DNA of 64,000 nt. It comes from Octopus bimaculoides (taxonomy: Eukaryota). The position numbers and the translations under genes were made by a program. The stretch covers positions 11,433,973 to 11,497,972 of the forward strand of contig NC_068990.1 of the NCBI RefSeq assembly GCF_001194135.2, given 5' to 3'. The notes beneath the pieces were generated by a model. That model was not told the origin of the DNA, ran no database searches, and was given only the letters and a program-made list of their open reading frames with translations. Below, one piece after another: positions 24,903-39,164 of this stretch (position 1 is the stretch's first letter; every line of letters begins with the position of its first letter).

Positions 24903-26640
24903 CATTGTTGGCCAATATACATAACTTCTCTTTAACGATTTCATTCTCGAAATCCCTGGGTGACCAATAATCGCTTCCGTTGTGTGGCTGACCCTACGAC
25001 TTTTTGTGCATACATCAACACATTGCCACACAATTAGAAATGGTGTTGCACGTATTTTTATCTCATTTAGCCTTCAGTATTTCTTTCGTTTTGTTAATGA
25101 ATTTATCGTTTTTCGATTTTTATTTTATGTCTTGTAAAGTAATTGGCAGTTCATGTACATTGCTCAAAACATTTTAAATATCATTTTACATTTGCAAAGC
25201 GGCAATCACAGTATGTTCAAATGGTTCAGCATTTTTTTAAATCAGTCTTGATAAACTATCCACATGACCTAATTTCTTCGGTGGTATATACCCCATCTTG
25301 AAATCATAGTTTAATAATATCGTAACCCAACGTTGTAACCTATTAGTAGCATAGGGAAGAATTCCTTTTTTTCGAGCCAAATATTGATAATAATGGACGG
25401 TGATCAGTTTGTAGACGAAAACTTCTACCGTGTAAAAATCTGTTAAATCTTTCATGACAAAAATAATCGCGAATGCTTCTTTTTCGATTTGACTACAATT
25501 TTCCCCTGCTGATATCAGAGAACATGAGACATGAACCACCACCTCTATAGTGTCATCTTTATATTTATGCAACATCACTGCTCCTACACTGCACTCAGAA
25601 GCATCTGAAGCTACCACAATCTCTGCTGCAGGATCGAAGTGTGCTAACGATAAATCAGATGTTAGTATTTATTTTTATTTTGTCAAACGCCTTTTGACAA
25701 TTTTCCGAACAATTCCATTTCATATCTTTTTTCGGCATATTATCCAGTATAACCCTCACCTTATGCATATTTGGAATATAATTTTGGTAATAATTTGCAA
25801 ATCCTAAAAATGCTTATAAGGTTGCTATATTTGTCGGAAGGGGCATATTTCTAATTGCGTCTGCCTTCGATGGGTTTGGTCGACATCCATTTCTGTCAGC
25901 GATTTGCCCTAAATATCTTGTTTTCAGTTAGAAAAATTCACACTTTTCTTCACTCAAGGTAAGGACGTAATCTCTAATTTTTCAAACACATATTTTACAT
26001 GTTCTATGTGTTGATCCCTGGATTTGCTTTTAATGAGTATATCATCCAGATATGGAATTGCGAATTCATAGTCTGCTTACATTGCATCCATAATCTGTTG
26101 AAAAATCACTGGTCCGACTTTTAAGCCAAATGGTAACCTGTTGCATTTATACAGTCCTTTATGTGTGTTGATTATTAGGTATTTAGAGCATTCATCGCCT
26201 ACTTTAATTTGTAGGTACGCGTCAGACAGATCCAATTTAGAAAACATCTTGTCACCGTTTAATTTCGCAAACATATCCTCCGGAGTAGGTTGCAGATAGT
26301 GGCACATTTTAAGACATTCGTTTAAACCAGTGGAAAAATCAGCACACACTTTGATTTTGTTATTTTTTTCTTAACGTATACAGTTGGTGAAACCCGTTGA
26401 CTATATTCCACTTTTTGAATAACTCCAATTTTTTCTAGTCTCCTTAATTCTAAGATCACTTGTTTTAATGCTGCGAACGGTACAGTTTGTTTTTGTTTAG
26501 ATACTGGTATGGTATTTTCTTTTATTTGAAACTGCGCCATCGTTTAGGTACACAGACCTAATTTATCAGACAGATCTTTAGGAAAAATATTTAAAATTGT
26601 TTTGTTTTTGTTTTTCATTTCGTCGGATGACTTATTTGTA
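24600..26640 (-). pseudogene. pol: Ty3/Gypsy pol (RT, RNase H, integrase N-terminal half), decayed
   Basis: CADFSTGLN...FSKLDLSDAYLQ..INTHKGLYKCNRLPFGLKVGP.IFQQIMD; VASDASECSVGAV..CSQIEKEAFAIIF; WSGLHINYAG..VVVDSFSKWPEV..IVSDNGIQF. Confidence 0.9.
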
Positions 26641-27350
26641 CTGGAGGAGAAACCATTCACATTCTTACTCTACTATTAATATTACACAAGACTCAATGCT
26701 CTGACACGGCTCACAGTGAACTGTTTACCAATCCGAACTGCTGACGACTCGGCAGTTGTCTATTCAATACAAATGTCTCAGTCCATTTTAGTCACATGCG
26801 CATGGTTGGAATCCTTCCGCAACAGAAATATATTCCACTATTTATGCTATTTTATCATCAGGTTCTTTTTCTTAAATGCTACATTCCTCTTATCTTTCCT
26901 CCAAGTTCAAACTCATCCCTGCTTCATCCTCCTCCTCTCCATGGTTCCTTTCACAACGAGATTACATCAATACACCGACCTCCTTCACTATCACACACTA
27001 CAACACTACCATACTTGCACACCTAAACATACACAAAAAGTGAACACACATACACACACCTCCTGCTTTTCTCATCTCAATGCATTAATACCATCCTTTA
27101 CCTGCACCACTCTGCCTTCCTTTCCCTTCCTAATGATCCCACCCAATAAAACCACATACCTAACTGGTCCCTGATGTTTTCTTTATTTTTGTCACCATCT
27201 TTTCCAATTCTTTTATTTCTTCTGATGAAGGACTATCATCTGAAACGTCAAGTCACTTTTCTCTCTTTTTAAGCACTAAACTAATACAACATTTGGTAAA
27301 ATTTATCCCTCCGCTGTTGTCTTCTTTTTGTGTTCATTGCCTAATATGCC
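26640..27350 (+). mobile_element. Penelope-like element 3' end (GIY-YIG tail plus pseudo-LTR)
   Basis: RLTVNCLPIRTADDS / FNTN..HFSHMRMVGI resemble the PLE RF.EH..SIR...PVA.HFN...HS..M.V.G motif; followed by a pyrimidine-rich UTR carrying a minimal hammerhead. Confidence 0.6.
27219..27252 (+). ncRNA. Minimal type I hammerhead ribozyme motif, core intact
   Basis: CTT-CTGATGA-AGG actatca TCT-GAAACGTC-AAG; 3-bp stem I, 3-bp stem II and palindromic ACGT in helix III. Confidence 0.7.
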
Positions 27351-28094
27351 CCCTACACACACACGTGCATACACATACGCACTTATGAATATTTACATAT
27401 ATGTTCATTCTACTATTCACTTCACAATGTTTTTTTCTTTATTAGTGTCATAAAAGATATCTTGGAGCATCGTTGCAGTTCTTTATTTTTGAATCTCACT
27501 GAATTTGACTTTGCATTTCCTCGTTGCAGGATTTAATAAAATAAAGTTCCAACTGAATATTAGGGATTGATTGTATTGCTATATGAAATCTTAGATATAA
27601 ATAGAATTATTACATAAGAATTTTAGCAGTTGTCAATTGAAGTTGTGCAATTCAGTATTTTATTTGAAAGCATGTACTGGCATCAGGGATAGATTGCAGC
27701 TGCAGAATAATGCCTGAAGAAGTGTTGGCCAATCCTTGCCAGAGTAGAAAATGGGAAAATAAAACCAAAGTAAAAATTCTAATTTACAGAGAGATACAGA
27801 TGCCTTGTAAGTCAATTTGGTAGATGGAAACTGTGTGGAATCTTGTCGTATACTTGTGTGTATGTTTCTTTGTGTTTGTCTCTCAGTACTACTTTTCTGG
27901 TATTGGTTTGTTCATGTCTTCATAACTTAGAAGCTCAGCTAAGGAGGCTAAAAGGATAAGGATCAAATTTTAAAAAAGGAGAACTACGGTAGATCAGACT
28001 GACTAAAACCCTTCAAGGCAGTGCTCCAGCATGGCTGCTTTCCAAAAGACTGAAGCAATCAATGATTTATAATATAAAAGATAAACTCTTTTCA

Positions 28095-28315
28095 GTCACA
28101 TTCTTTTCTACTCGAGGCCCGAAATTTTGGGGGAAGGGGCCAGTCGATTAGATCGACCCCAGTACGCAACTGGTACTTAATTTATCGACCCCGAAAGGAT
28201 AAAAAGGCGAAGTGGACCGTGGCAGAATTTGAACTCAGAACATAAAGACAGACGAAATACTATTAAGCATTTCGCCCGGCATGCTAACATTTCTGCCAGC
28301 TCACGGCCTTTTTTT
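28095..28315 (-). mobile_element. SINE family B
   Basis: Reverse complement of the family B body. Confidence 0.8.
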
Positions 28316-29670
28316 ACATTCTTATATTGAATTAAAAGTTTTGATTAAATTAATAAAAAAAAAAATTCATTGTTTGAATCTCACACATTTTCTTCAGAAT
28401 ATTCAACCTGTTTCTCCGTTATCCTTTTTTAGGTGATGTTTTCAATGTTTTCTTATTAATCTTGTAAAAAGAGAGAGAAGGTTGTATTTCTAACATGACA
28501 GCAGATAAACACGAAACAACCAAGTGTACTGTTAAAGAAAACTTGATGGAATGATGCCTTACAATGAAGGAAGCTGAATACACCAGTTTGCTAGTCATTC
28601 ATCTTCAGATGCAGACAATACTAATATAGGTACACTATACGTTAGAAATAGCTCAGGAAAAGGAAAATAGATGGTGATATTGTTGAAGTGGTGAATTATA
28701 AAAATGCTATATCTCCATATATGTCATGTATATAAGCAAGTAATTTCAGACAACTTTGAACATTGTTCAATTGCAATACTATGTTGTTATTGAAGAAGTG
28801 ATGGCGAATGAGATGAGAACTAATGAAAAGAAATGATAAAAATTGAGTATATGTCTAAGATGATCTTGTTTCTTGAAAACCATTCAAACCCATATCAATA
28901 CAAATTGATATTTAAGGAAGAAATGAATGATGTTGTAGACATAGAATAGGAAATAAATCATTATCAGAATGGTAACCGTGGTAATGATAGAATTTCTGTT
29001 GTTAGTAGTGTTATTGATTTCGATGTTGTTATTGTTGTTGCTGATGATGTTAAAGAGGAAAGTGATAATGATGATGTTGAAGGGGGAAATGATAATGATG
29101 ATGTTGATAACAATAATAATAATAAGAATAATGGTGATGATGACAATCATTGCTATGATCTAATTTCGCTTTCTCTGCCAAAATCATATATAAATCTTGT
29201 TAGCAATATCTAAAATGATAAAATTTATTGACAATATGTTGAGCAAATATTTACTTGATGTTGGCCACTGTCTGATGTCAAGTGAAAACAACAAGTACAT
29301 TGGAAGCAGCTGCCAAGAACTGTTGACTCCACAAACACAAGTTGTGTAAAATAGCTACAAGCTAGAAATACATTTTTCTAATTGCTATCTAATAACAACA
29401 TTATAATCTGCACCACCAGTATTAAGAAATAAGAATTGCAGAAGGATGGGAAAGAATCCAGTGTCAGTTATTGCTCAATAGCTATACAAAAGTGGCAGTG
29501 AAGGAGCAAACTACACTGGTAGCAAATGATACTTATCTAGTATTGCTTGGAGAAATAACTAGGATATTAGAATGGTTGCAAAAGCATGGGAAATATATTA
29601 CACACATGTCTGCAAAATTCTAATCTATGTAGAATGGTGAAGATAAAGTATAAATTCAGTATATGTATAC

Positions 29671-29733
<63 letters not shown>

Positions 29734-30276
29734 NNNNNNNNNNNNNNNNNNNNNNNNNNNNNNNNNNNNNNNNNNNNNNNNNNNNNNNNNNNNNNNNNNN
29801 NNNNNNNNNNNNNNNNNNNNNNNNNNNNNNNNNNNNNNNNNNNNNNNNNNNNNNNNNNNNNNNNNNNNNNNNNNNNNNNNNNNNNNNNNNNNNNNNNNNN
29901 NNNNNNNNNNNNNNNNNNNNNNNNNNNNNNNNNNNNNNNNNNNNNNNNNNNNNNNNNNNNNNNNNNNNNNNNNNNNNNNNNNNNNNNNNNNNNNNNNNNN
30001 NNNNNNNNNNNNNNNNNNNNNNNNNNNNNNNNNNNNNNNNNNNNNNNNNNNNNNNNNNNNNNNNNNNNNNNNNNNNNNNNNNNNNNNNNNNNNNNNNNNN
30101 NNNNNNNNNNNNNNNNNNNNNNNNNNNNNNNNNNNNNNNNNNNNNNNNNNNNNNNNNNNNNNNNNNNNNNNNNNNNNNNNNNNNNNNNNNNNNNNNNNNN
30201 NNNNNNNNNNNNNNNNNNNNNNNNNNNNNNNNNNNNNNNNNNNNNNNNNNNNNNNNNNNNNNNNNNNNNNNNNNNN

Positions 30277-30324
<48 letters not shown>

Positions 30325-32449
30325 GAGGGTGTACATGTACTTTCTTTTTACATCATCATCATCATAATTGTCATCATTATCACCATTATTGTTGTCATCA
30401 ACAACATTGTCATTGTCGTTGTCATTGTCATCATCATCTTCACCATTATTGTTGTCATCGTCAGCATTGTCATTGATGTTGTTATTGTCATCATCATCAT
30501 TGTCATCATCAACATCATCATCGTCATCACATGAGTAAATGTGTGTGTATGTAAAAGGGAGGTATGTGAATCTTTGTGTGTGTGTGTGTGTGCACATGTG
30601 CATGTGTGCAACGGAAGTGGGATGGTGAACATTCAATGTGGAAACGAAAAGTCAAACAGCGTTTCAACTCTGTGTGAGTATATGTGTATATGTGTGTACA
30701 TGTACAAGGGAAGTATGTGAATGTTTGTGTGTATGAACCAGCGTTCTTTCAGTAGCAAACGATGATCGATGTCACATCTGAAAAGACAACCACTAGATAA
30801 CATTGACAACTGTATTAATCTGATTTAGCATCCATATTTATATATAAACTACTACAATTAGCCATAATTTTTGACGGCACGGGGCCAGCTTGTTTTGAAA
30901 TAGTTAAAGAAACAAAATGAATTTAATCGATTTTATTTAGCTTTAATCTTGTAAATTTCACAGCTTGGTATTAAAATCTATGCTGTGTTTTGCTACAGTA
31001 GAACAAAGCTTGAAAACTCAGGTGTTCAAATATCTAATACTATTAATGTCTTAGACATTCAATACATCACACAATATTTCAATATTTAATGGCAGAATCT
31101 AGTTCAGTTGTCTAATGATACAAACAGAATTGCTTAATAGAGCCAACAGAAGCCAATAATTGCACAAAATATAGACTGTTCCTGATGCATACTTGTAGAA
31201 ATTTTAAGAGCTTTTATCTCCAAATTTGACCATGAAGACGATAATAATAGCAAACATAAGAATGAAAGATTATCTGCTAAGCAGACAACATAATTGTTAT
31301 GAGATACTACTTTTTTCACCACCCAATAATTCTAAATTCACATCAAAAAGCAAAATTTAACAGATTTACATTTTCCTTATTTTTTTCTTTCAATTCCTAT
31401 TTAAATTTCATTCTGTTTCCTTTTTATATTTTCTTTATTATTTATATATTGTTTTTTTTTATCTCTACATTTTTTTATATTTTGTGTCTTTTTTTAACAT
31501 TATTTACTCTCTAAATTTAAAATTTTTTTATATATTTATTTATATATTTCTGTTTCCCCGCTTTATTATTTTTATTATTATTATTATTTTTTTTAATTTC
31601 ATACACTGTAGTTCCTGTTTATTTCCAACAATAGAAAGCCGGAATAGAAACTGTTATATCAGAAATGATCCGAAAATAATACAAATGGTAGAATAGGAAA
31701 AAAAAAAAAAAAAAANNNNNNNNNNAAAAAAAAAAAAAAAAAAGAAAGAAAGAGCAAAAGAGAAATAACAACAAAAATAAAAAGGAAAAGAGAAAGTAAT
31801 TTTGGTAAAGATTTTGGAGTCAGACAATTACTTAGCTAATTGGTTGTATTATTGCAGAACAGTAATTATACCAAAATGGTACTTTTTAACAGACATTTGT
31901 CTTTTATAGACCGAAAGTCATTTATTCTGACATGGAGAGAAATATATACTTTCCCATGTGCATGTATATGAAGACATTTGCTTTTTTTTCCCCCTTTGAT
32001 TCTATCATTGTCTCACTTCTAGATTAATATACATGTGCGAGAGAGAGAGACAAAAATTTTGTTTGCATCTTTGGGATATATCATCACCATCACCATCATT
32101 ATCATCGTCAGCATCATCATTATCATCGTCAGCATCATCATCATCATCACCATCATCAACTTCGTCGTTGTCATCATCACCACCATTAACATCATCGTCA
32201 TCATCATCATCATTTTTTGATATCCACTTTTCCAAGCTAACAACGGGCCAGATGGAATTTGTTGCAGCAGACTTTTCTATTGTCGGACACCTTTTCTGTC
32301 ACCTGGTTCTGAGCGAGATAATATTTGGCCATGTGTTCCCATGTTAGACATGTTTTCATGGAAGATTGGAAATATGTAACCCTGCTTATGTGATGATGGT
32401 GACACTTATCTACTTCTGTTGTATGATGTAGGACAAAGAGACACAAACA

Positions 32450-32552
<103 letters not shown>

Positions 32553-33567
32553 TACTTAATATCTTTCAATATACATACAGGTATGTATGTTTATAAATTC
32601 ATCATCTTCATCATACTCATCAGCATCATTTAATATCTGTTGTCCATGTATATACATACATACACATATATATAATATATGTATGCATTGTTTTTATATT
32701 TGGTTTCAAGGTTCTTTATGTGGATTCGTGGGTTGAAAGAAATATTGTTGTGTCCTGGAATGGTGTAATGACCCTCCCAAATTTCAACTACACACTCACA
32801 CACGCAGCACCCACAGCACACACACACAGCACAAACAGCACACACATACACACACATGCACATTCACATACACATGCACACATACACATAGACAAACACA
32901 CAGACACACTCACATGCACACACACACACACAGCACACACAGAACACAGGCACACATACATACAGACACAAAGACACACAGACACAAAGACACACGCACA
33001 CACTCACACACTACCACACACGCACAACACAAAATACTAAAAATTATATCAATAAGACATATGAAAGTTAATTTTACATTATTGGTTGCTTTTCTGAGAA
33101 AGCTTTAATTAAAATTTTTGCACCGATACATATCTAAATACACCAGAAACAACAAAACTATATGTACATTCATGTATCAAAAAGGCATAACATTTAATAT
33201 ATAACAATCTTTAATTAAATATTTAGTTCCTGTGCTATGAAGTAGTTCACTTACATACATTAACTGAAAAATGTGTGTATGCATATATTACACACATTTT
33301 TATTTATTCTGCTTGTTCTGCTATATTTTATTTCTTTCATAAACGAATATATAGCATCCTGTTGCCACAAATTACTATGAATTACAAATGATGTAAGAGC
33401 TTTCTTCCTTCACTGATGATAGTATATACAGCATATGAAACTTAGATTGCAATAAATGGACAGATATTTAAAAGTTATTTATATATGGGTTATATTTAGA
33501 TGCTTAACTGTATGAATATATTAATTAGCTCTAGCACAACATATCAAGCACTACCATGATATTAGCA

Positions 33568-33619
<52 letters not shown>

Positions 33620-33789
33620 TCAAAAGGATCAAAGGTACTCTCTGAGCCACTGAGCTCTTAAAACCAGTTTCCCAGATTCTGTAGATTATATATTCACTCA
33701 TAGACAGAACACTGGTCCATTGAAGGAATATTCCTTTTCACCAGCAGATTGACCTTGAGATGTGCTACAGTGTCAGCTTGTTCACTACT

Positions 33790-34285
33790 AGTGAACTAAC
33801 ATAACACCTCTTAATTTTTTAGCATCTTCCAGAGTATTTGAGTGGTTCAAAGCAGTGCTGTTTTCTGCACGTGCTCCAGCCTTATTGCAGCCCCTATTTG
33901 TTCCATGTACTTCTCAAGATTTTTACACTCTATCCCCACGGCTCCGACAATTATTGGTACTACTACTACCTTTTTCATCGACCACAACTGCTTAACTTCC
34001 CTAGCTAGCCCGTCATATCTCTTAACTTTCCTTTCTTCCTTATCACATACCTTGTTGTCTGCTGGGCATGCTATATCCATTATCCAGCATAGTTTGTTTT
34101 CTTTCTCAATTAAGACTATGTCTGGCTTCCTATTCTTTATCTCATGGTCACACTAAATCCCACAAGATCTTTGCATTTTTATTTTTGATGACGCCTTCAG
34201 GTTTGTGGTCATACCAATTTTTTGCTGGACACTTTGCAACAAGTATGGACTCGTTGCAAAGTGTCCAAAAAAAGCATGACAGGAT
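33790..34285 (-). mobile_element. R4/Dong-like LINE 3' end (RLE domain)
   Basis: WYDHKPEGVIKNKNAKILWD...DIACPADNKVCDKEERKVKRYDGLAREVKQLWSMKKVVVVPIIVGAVG..QKTALL. Confidence 0.85.
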
Positions 34286-34970
34286 GATGATGACGGTGGT
34301 GGTGGTGGTGGTGGTGGTGGTGGTGGTGGTGGTGGTGGTGATGTCGTTTTAAGATCCTGCAGGAGAGAGACATGTATTAATGGCATATGGGAAAAAGAGG
34401 TTGTATTCCTTGTCACCATGAATCACATTAGAATCAAGGCACAGGAAAGCATCACAGACAGAGATTAGCCAGTAGAAGGTCTAAGCAAACATGACTATCA
34501 ATGTGTTTGAGGTCTCTTTGAATACTGCTGTTAATGTCCAGGAAATGCTCATGGAACACATTTCCCAAATGATAGCCAGTATTTACTCAAGTATATATAT
34601 ATATATATATCAATGCAGAGCTTTCAAGCTATGCTGTATATTAGATTAGAGGAGGCATAGTCAAAGTAGCAAAATATATCAACAGGAATCTCAGATTAAA
34701 AAAGAGAAAGTTTTTTAGCAGATGAAAGAAAAAAATAAAACAATGAAGTTCAGAACACAAAGACATAATAGAAGTGATGGGTATAGGGAGCGAGTTATTA
34801 CTGACTTGAAGGTTGCAATGATTTTAGTCCCTTTTGTAGTAGTGTAATTTCAGGAAGGAAACAGTTGAGAAGATAGGGTAACAGATAAAAAGAAGTATCC
34901 AAGCAGTAGTGTAAGAAGTAAGGATGAAGGGTACTTGGACTGCAAAACTTAATATTTCTTTATTTCGCAG

Positions 34971-35044
34971 AGATTGATAATGGCAGTATATACATAAATA
35001 CATACCCAGCATCTGATAAATTCATCTTTATGAATTCATCACAG
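34971..35044 (+). other. Candidate coding exon (74 bp, phase 1 to 0)
   Basis: Acceptor atttctttatttcgcag and donor CAG|gtaatc; only one frame open, xIDNGSIYINTYPASDKFIFMNSSQ. Confidence 0.4.
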
Positions 35045-35478
35045 GTAATCACATTGCAGTAGATACATTACCTGAAGTTTCTTTTACCTGGTAATTTGAA
35101 AGCAATGTAATTATACTGAGTGCTAATGCCTCATCGATAATTTTATCATAATACTTTAGGTTTACTGAGTAAATACATCGCTAAACATCATAGATTTTTT
35201 TTTTGTTTTGTTTTATTTTATTTTCAGTGTAAATATATTGCATTTCATTAACAATGAAAAGAAATTGCAACACAATAAATGAATATAAAATGTTCCTAAT
35301 ATATATANNNNNNNNNNNNNNNNNNNNNNNNNNNNNNNNNNNNNNNNNNNNNNNNNNNNNNNNNNNNNNNNNNNNNNNNNNNNNNNNNNNNNNNNNNNNN
35401 NNNNNNNNNNNNNNNNNNNNNNNNNNNNNNNNNNNNNNNNNNNNNNNNNNNNNNNNNNNNNNNNNNNNNAAATGTTCT

Positions 35479-35511
<33 letters not shown>

Positions 35512-36189
35512 TAAACAAGCAAATCAAAATTCATTTTAGAAATCAGAACCATATGAAATATTGTGAAAAGACAAAAAAAAGAAACAATACTGTAGCAAAT
35601 TGCAAAAGAAACATTGTAAAACGACAGATTATTCGCTATGCCTCTTCAATAATCAAGTATTTCGTGATGTTGATATTCGTTGACAATGTACAGCAATCTT
35701 ACTGCTCTATCTTTATTTATTCATTCATTTAAAAATTTTTTTTTTGTGTGTGATGTGTTAAAATCTGTAGCGGTGATGTATTGCTCTTATATTACTTCAT
35801 TTCATGATTATTTTTTTAATATTTCTCAACAAAAAATCAAAAAAANNNNNNNNNNATATGTGCTTTAAGGCAAGAATATTTTTCTATTTAAATTTCTTTT
35901 TTATTGTTAATGAAATGTGTGTATATTTACTTCAAATAAAACTTTAAATGATGTTTAACATTATATTTATTATAATCTTTAATGATTTATTTATTTAACG
36001 AATATTTAATGGTACATATACCCTGTAGATAAAAAAAACATGTGGAGTAGTCTACGAATGATGTATCTGGCAGATAATTAAAGGGTGATGTATTTATTTA
36101 CTGTCTATTACTCACATTAAATCGTCAATGAGCAAACATACATATATACATACACACATATAAACTGATATATACATGCATGCATAAGG

Positions 36190-37480
36190 ACATACATACA
36201 GTTTTGATCACAAAGGAAGGGAGTTTGGTCTGGATAAGTGCACGTTTGGTTGTCCAGTGAGGATTATTAGCCAGACAACCAATATGGATATCAAGGACCT
36301 CTCCAACCATCTCAGTTATCTCTGTTAAAAATATCTTGGAATTGATGAGAATATTGCATCAGCTCATGTTGTGGGCAGAGCTGAAGTGACAAGAGATGTT
36401 TCAACAGACTTTTGGGAAATGTGGAAGGCAGTGCTATCAATAAAACCATATCTGACAATGTTTTCCATAGTATCAGTCCTTATACCAACATCTGGGAAAA
36501 TAGACAGGATACTTGTAGAGATCTGATATTTGGATATTAAAACTAGGAAGATTCTTAACAGTTATCCAAAACTTCTCCATTAACAGTGATACTGAAATGA
36601 CCAATGTTAAGCAGAGAAGGTGGAAGCGGAAGCAGAGGTATAAGATCATTCCAGACTGTCTTTAAGAGCTATTCTGCATCACTTAAACAACACCTACTTA
36701 ACAGTAAAGAGGGAGATGAGTACATCACAGGTGTTCTCAACAATGAAAGTAATAGCATCACAAGATCAAGTGAAGAATTACAGACCATGGTATATAAGTC
36801 AGCAGCTGCTTCACTGGAACAAAGAGGGGTTAGACTGACCAATTGAAATAGAAACTTAGAGGAGAAATAGAAGAGAAATATGCATTATATCACCAGAAAT
36901 GCTTGCATGGGTACACATTCCACAAGCAAGAGAATACTCACAATTGTCCCTCCTGGATGTGTAAGACATACATCATGTCTCACCAAGAAGGGTACACTTT
37001 TGCTTATCAGAAGGCAGTGAGCTGGCAGAAACGGTAGCACACCGGGCGAAATGCTTAGCGGTATTTCGTCTGCCACTACGTTCTGAGTTCAAATTCCGCT
37101 GAGGTCGACTTAGCCTTTCATCCTTTCGGGGTTGATTAAATAAGTACTAGTTATGCACTTGGGTCGATGTAATCGACTTAATCCCTTTGTCTGTCCTTGT
37201 TTGTCCCCTCTATGCTTAGCCCCTTGTGAACAATAAAGAAATAAGAAACAGTAGGTATTTATGAAACATTTTATAAATAAGAGGGATACGCTATCCTTAA
37301 ATATCCAAATTGTAATAGAAAATATTGATTGTGCCATATCAGTCTGGAAGATATTAAGCACATCATCAATGGCTGTTTTAAAATGTCTGCTAGATGGTAC
37401 CATTTTCATTAAGACATAATTTTGTCCACAGCATTATCCAGAATGTAAAGTGGTTTGCATTAGGAAGAGCATCAAGTCCC
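36190..37480 (+). mobile_element. R4/Dong-like LINE fragment interrupted by a SINE
   Basis: EFGLDKCARL, KYLGIDENI, REGGSGSRGIRSF..SLKQHL, then EDIKHIINGCFKMSARWYH (CCHC knuckle region). Confidence 0.8.
37013..37248 (+). mobile_element. SINE family B, young-looking full-length copy
   Basis: GAGCTGGCAGAAACGGTAGCACACCGGGCG...GAGTTCAAATTCC...CAATAAAGAAATAAGA. Confidence 0.9.
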
Positions 37481-39164
37481 TGAAACGATGCCAAAGCAGG
37501 CATCAGAGCATTTGGACTCACTGGATCTTGTTAAACCATCCAACTCATCTTAAACGATGAAGACGACAATGAAGATGATGATGATGATCAGCATGGTGAT
37601 GCTCATATCACCACTGCTGATTCCAGTGATGTCACCAATGTCACCCTCACCAATGATGACAAATTTCTATTCATCAATTATTCATCAGTCAATAGAAGCC
37701 AAATATATATATATATATATATATATANNNNNNNNNNNNNNNNNNNNNNNNNNNNNNNNNNNNNNNNNNNNNNNNNNNNNNNNNNNNNNNNNNNNNNNNN
37801 NNNNNNNNNNNNNNNNNNNNNNNNNNNNNNNNNNNNNNNNNNNNNNNNNNNNNNNNNNNNNNNNNNNNNNNNNNNNNNNNNNNNNNNNNNNNNNNNNNNN
37901 NNNNNNNNNNNNNNNNNNNNNNNNNNNNNNNNNNNNNNNNNNNNNNNNNNNNNNNNNNNNNNNNNNNNNNNNNNNNNNNNNNNNNNNNNNNNNNNNNNNN
38001 NNNNNNNNNNNNNNNNNNNNNNNNNNNNNNNNNNNNNNNNNNNNNNNNNNNNNNNNNNNNNNNNNNNNNNNNNNNNNNNNNNNNNNNNNNNNNNNNNNNN
38101 NNNNNNNNNNNNNNNNNNNNNNNNNNNNNNNNNNNNNNNNNNNNNNNNNNNNNNNNNNNNNNNNNNNNNNNNNNNNNNNNNNNNNNNNNNNNNNNNNNNN
38201 NNNNNNNNNNNNNNNNNNNNNNNNNNNNNNNNNNNNNNNNNNNNNNNNNNNNNNNNNNNNNNNNNNNNNNNNNNNNNNNNNNNNNNNNNNNNNNNNNNNN
38301 NNNNNNNNNNNNNNNNNNNNNNNNNNNNNNNNNNNNNNNNNNNNNNNNNNNNNNNNNNNNNNNNNNNNNNNNNNNNNNNNNNNNNNNNNNNNNNNNNNNN
38401 NNNNNNNNNNNNNNNNNNNNNNNNNNNNNNNNNNNNNNNNNNNNNNNNNNNNNNNNNNNNNNNNNNNNNNNNNNNNNNNNNNNNNNNNNNNNNNNNNNNN
38501 NNNNNNNNNNNNNNNNNNNNNNNNNNNNNNNNNNNNNNNNNNNNNNNNNNNNNNTATATATATATATATATATATATGCATGTGTGTGCATATATGAATG
38601 TATTAATGTGTGTGCATGCATTTGTGCATGATTCACATGCCTAAAGAGAGGAAGAGAGAAGAGAGGGGAAACTGAGAAAGAGGGACGAATGTGCAATTGC
38701 AAGTAGTAATTTGAAACTGTTGTAATTAACTTAAACTACTTTTAAAATCAGTGAACATTAGGTGAGAGCTATTGAAACTTTCTTTCCTACTGATTCTAGT
38801 CTATTGTAGTATTTTCATTGTTCATTCGCCATTAAATGCCTCTCCGACTGTCTGGTACATTGATCAATGCAATAATAGGCATGTCGAGTAAAGCCAATGA
38901 GACAATACTCATATTATATACAGTTAATGTAGTCATCAATTATGGTATTCACAGAAATTCATTGAGACACTTGTGGGCTTCCATAGGATAAATCAGGAAT
39001 TGCAGTGTTCTGCTTTCATATCAATGGGTCTGTTAGAACTAGAATAAAATCTAATGCATGCAGTATCCCAGAATTTGGATTGTCTTCAAGCTGGTGGACA
39101 CTAAGCATGTTTTAAAACCTGTCTAGATAACATCTTCAGTGTATGAAACTATTAGTAGCTCATA

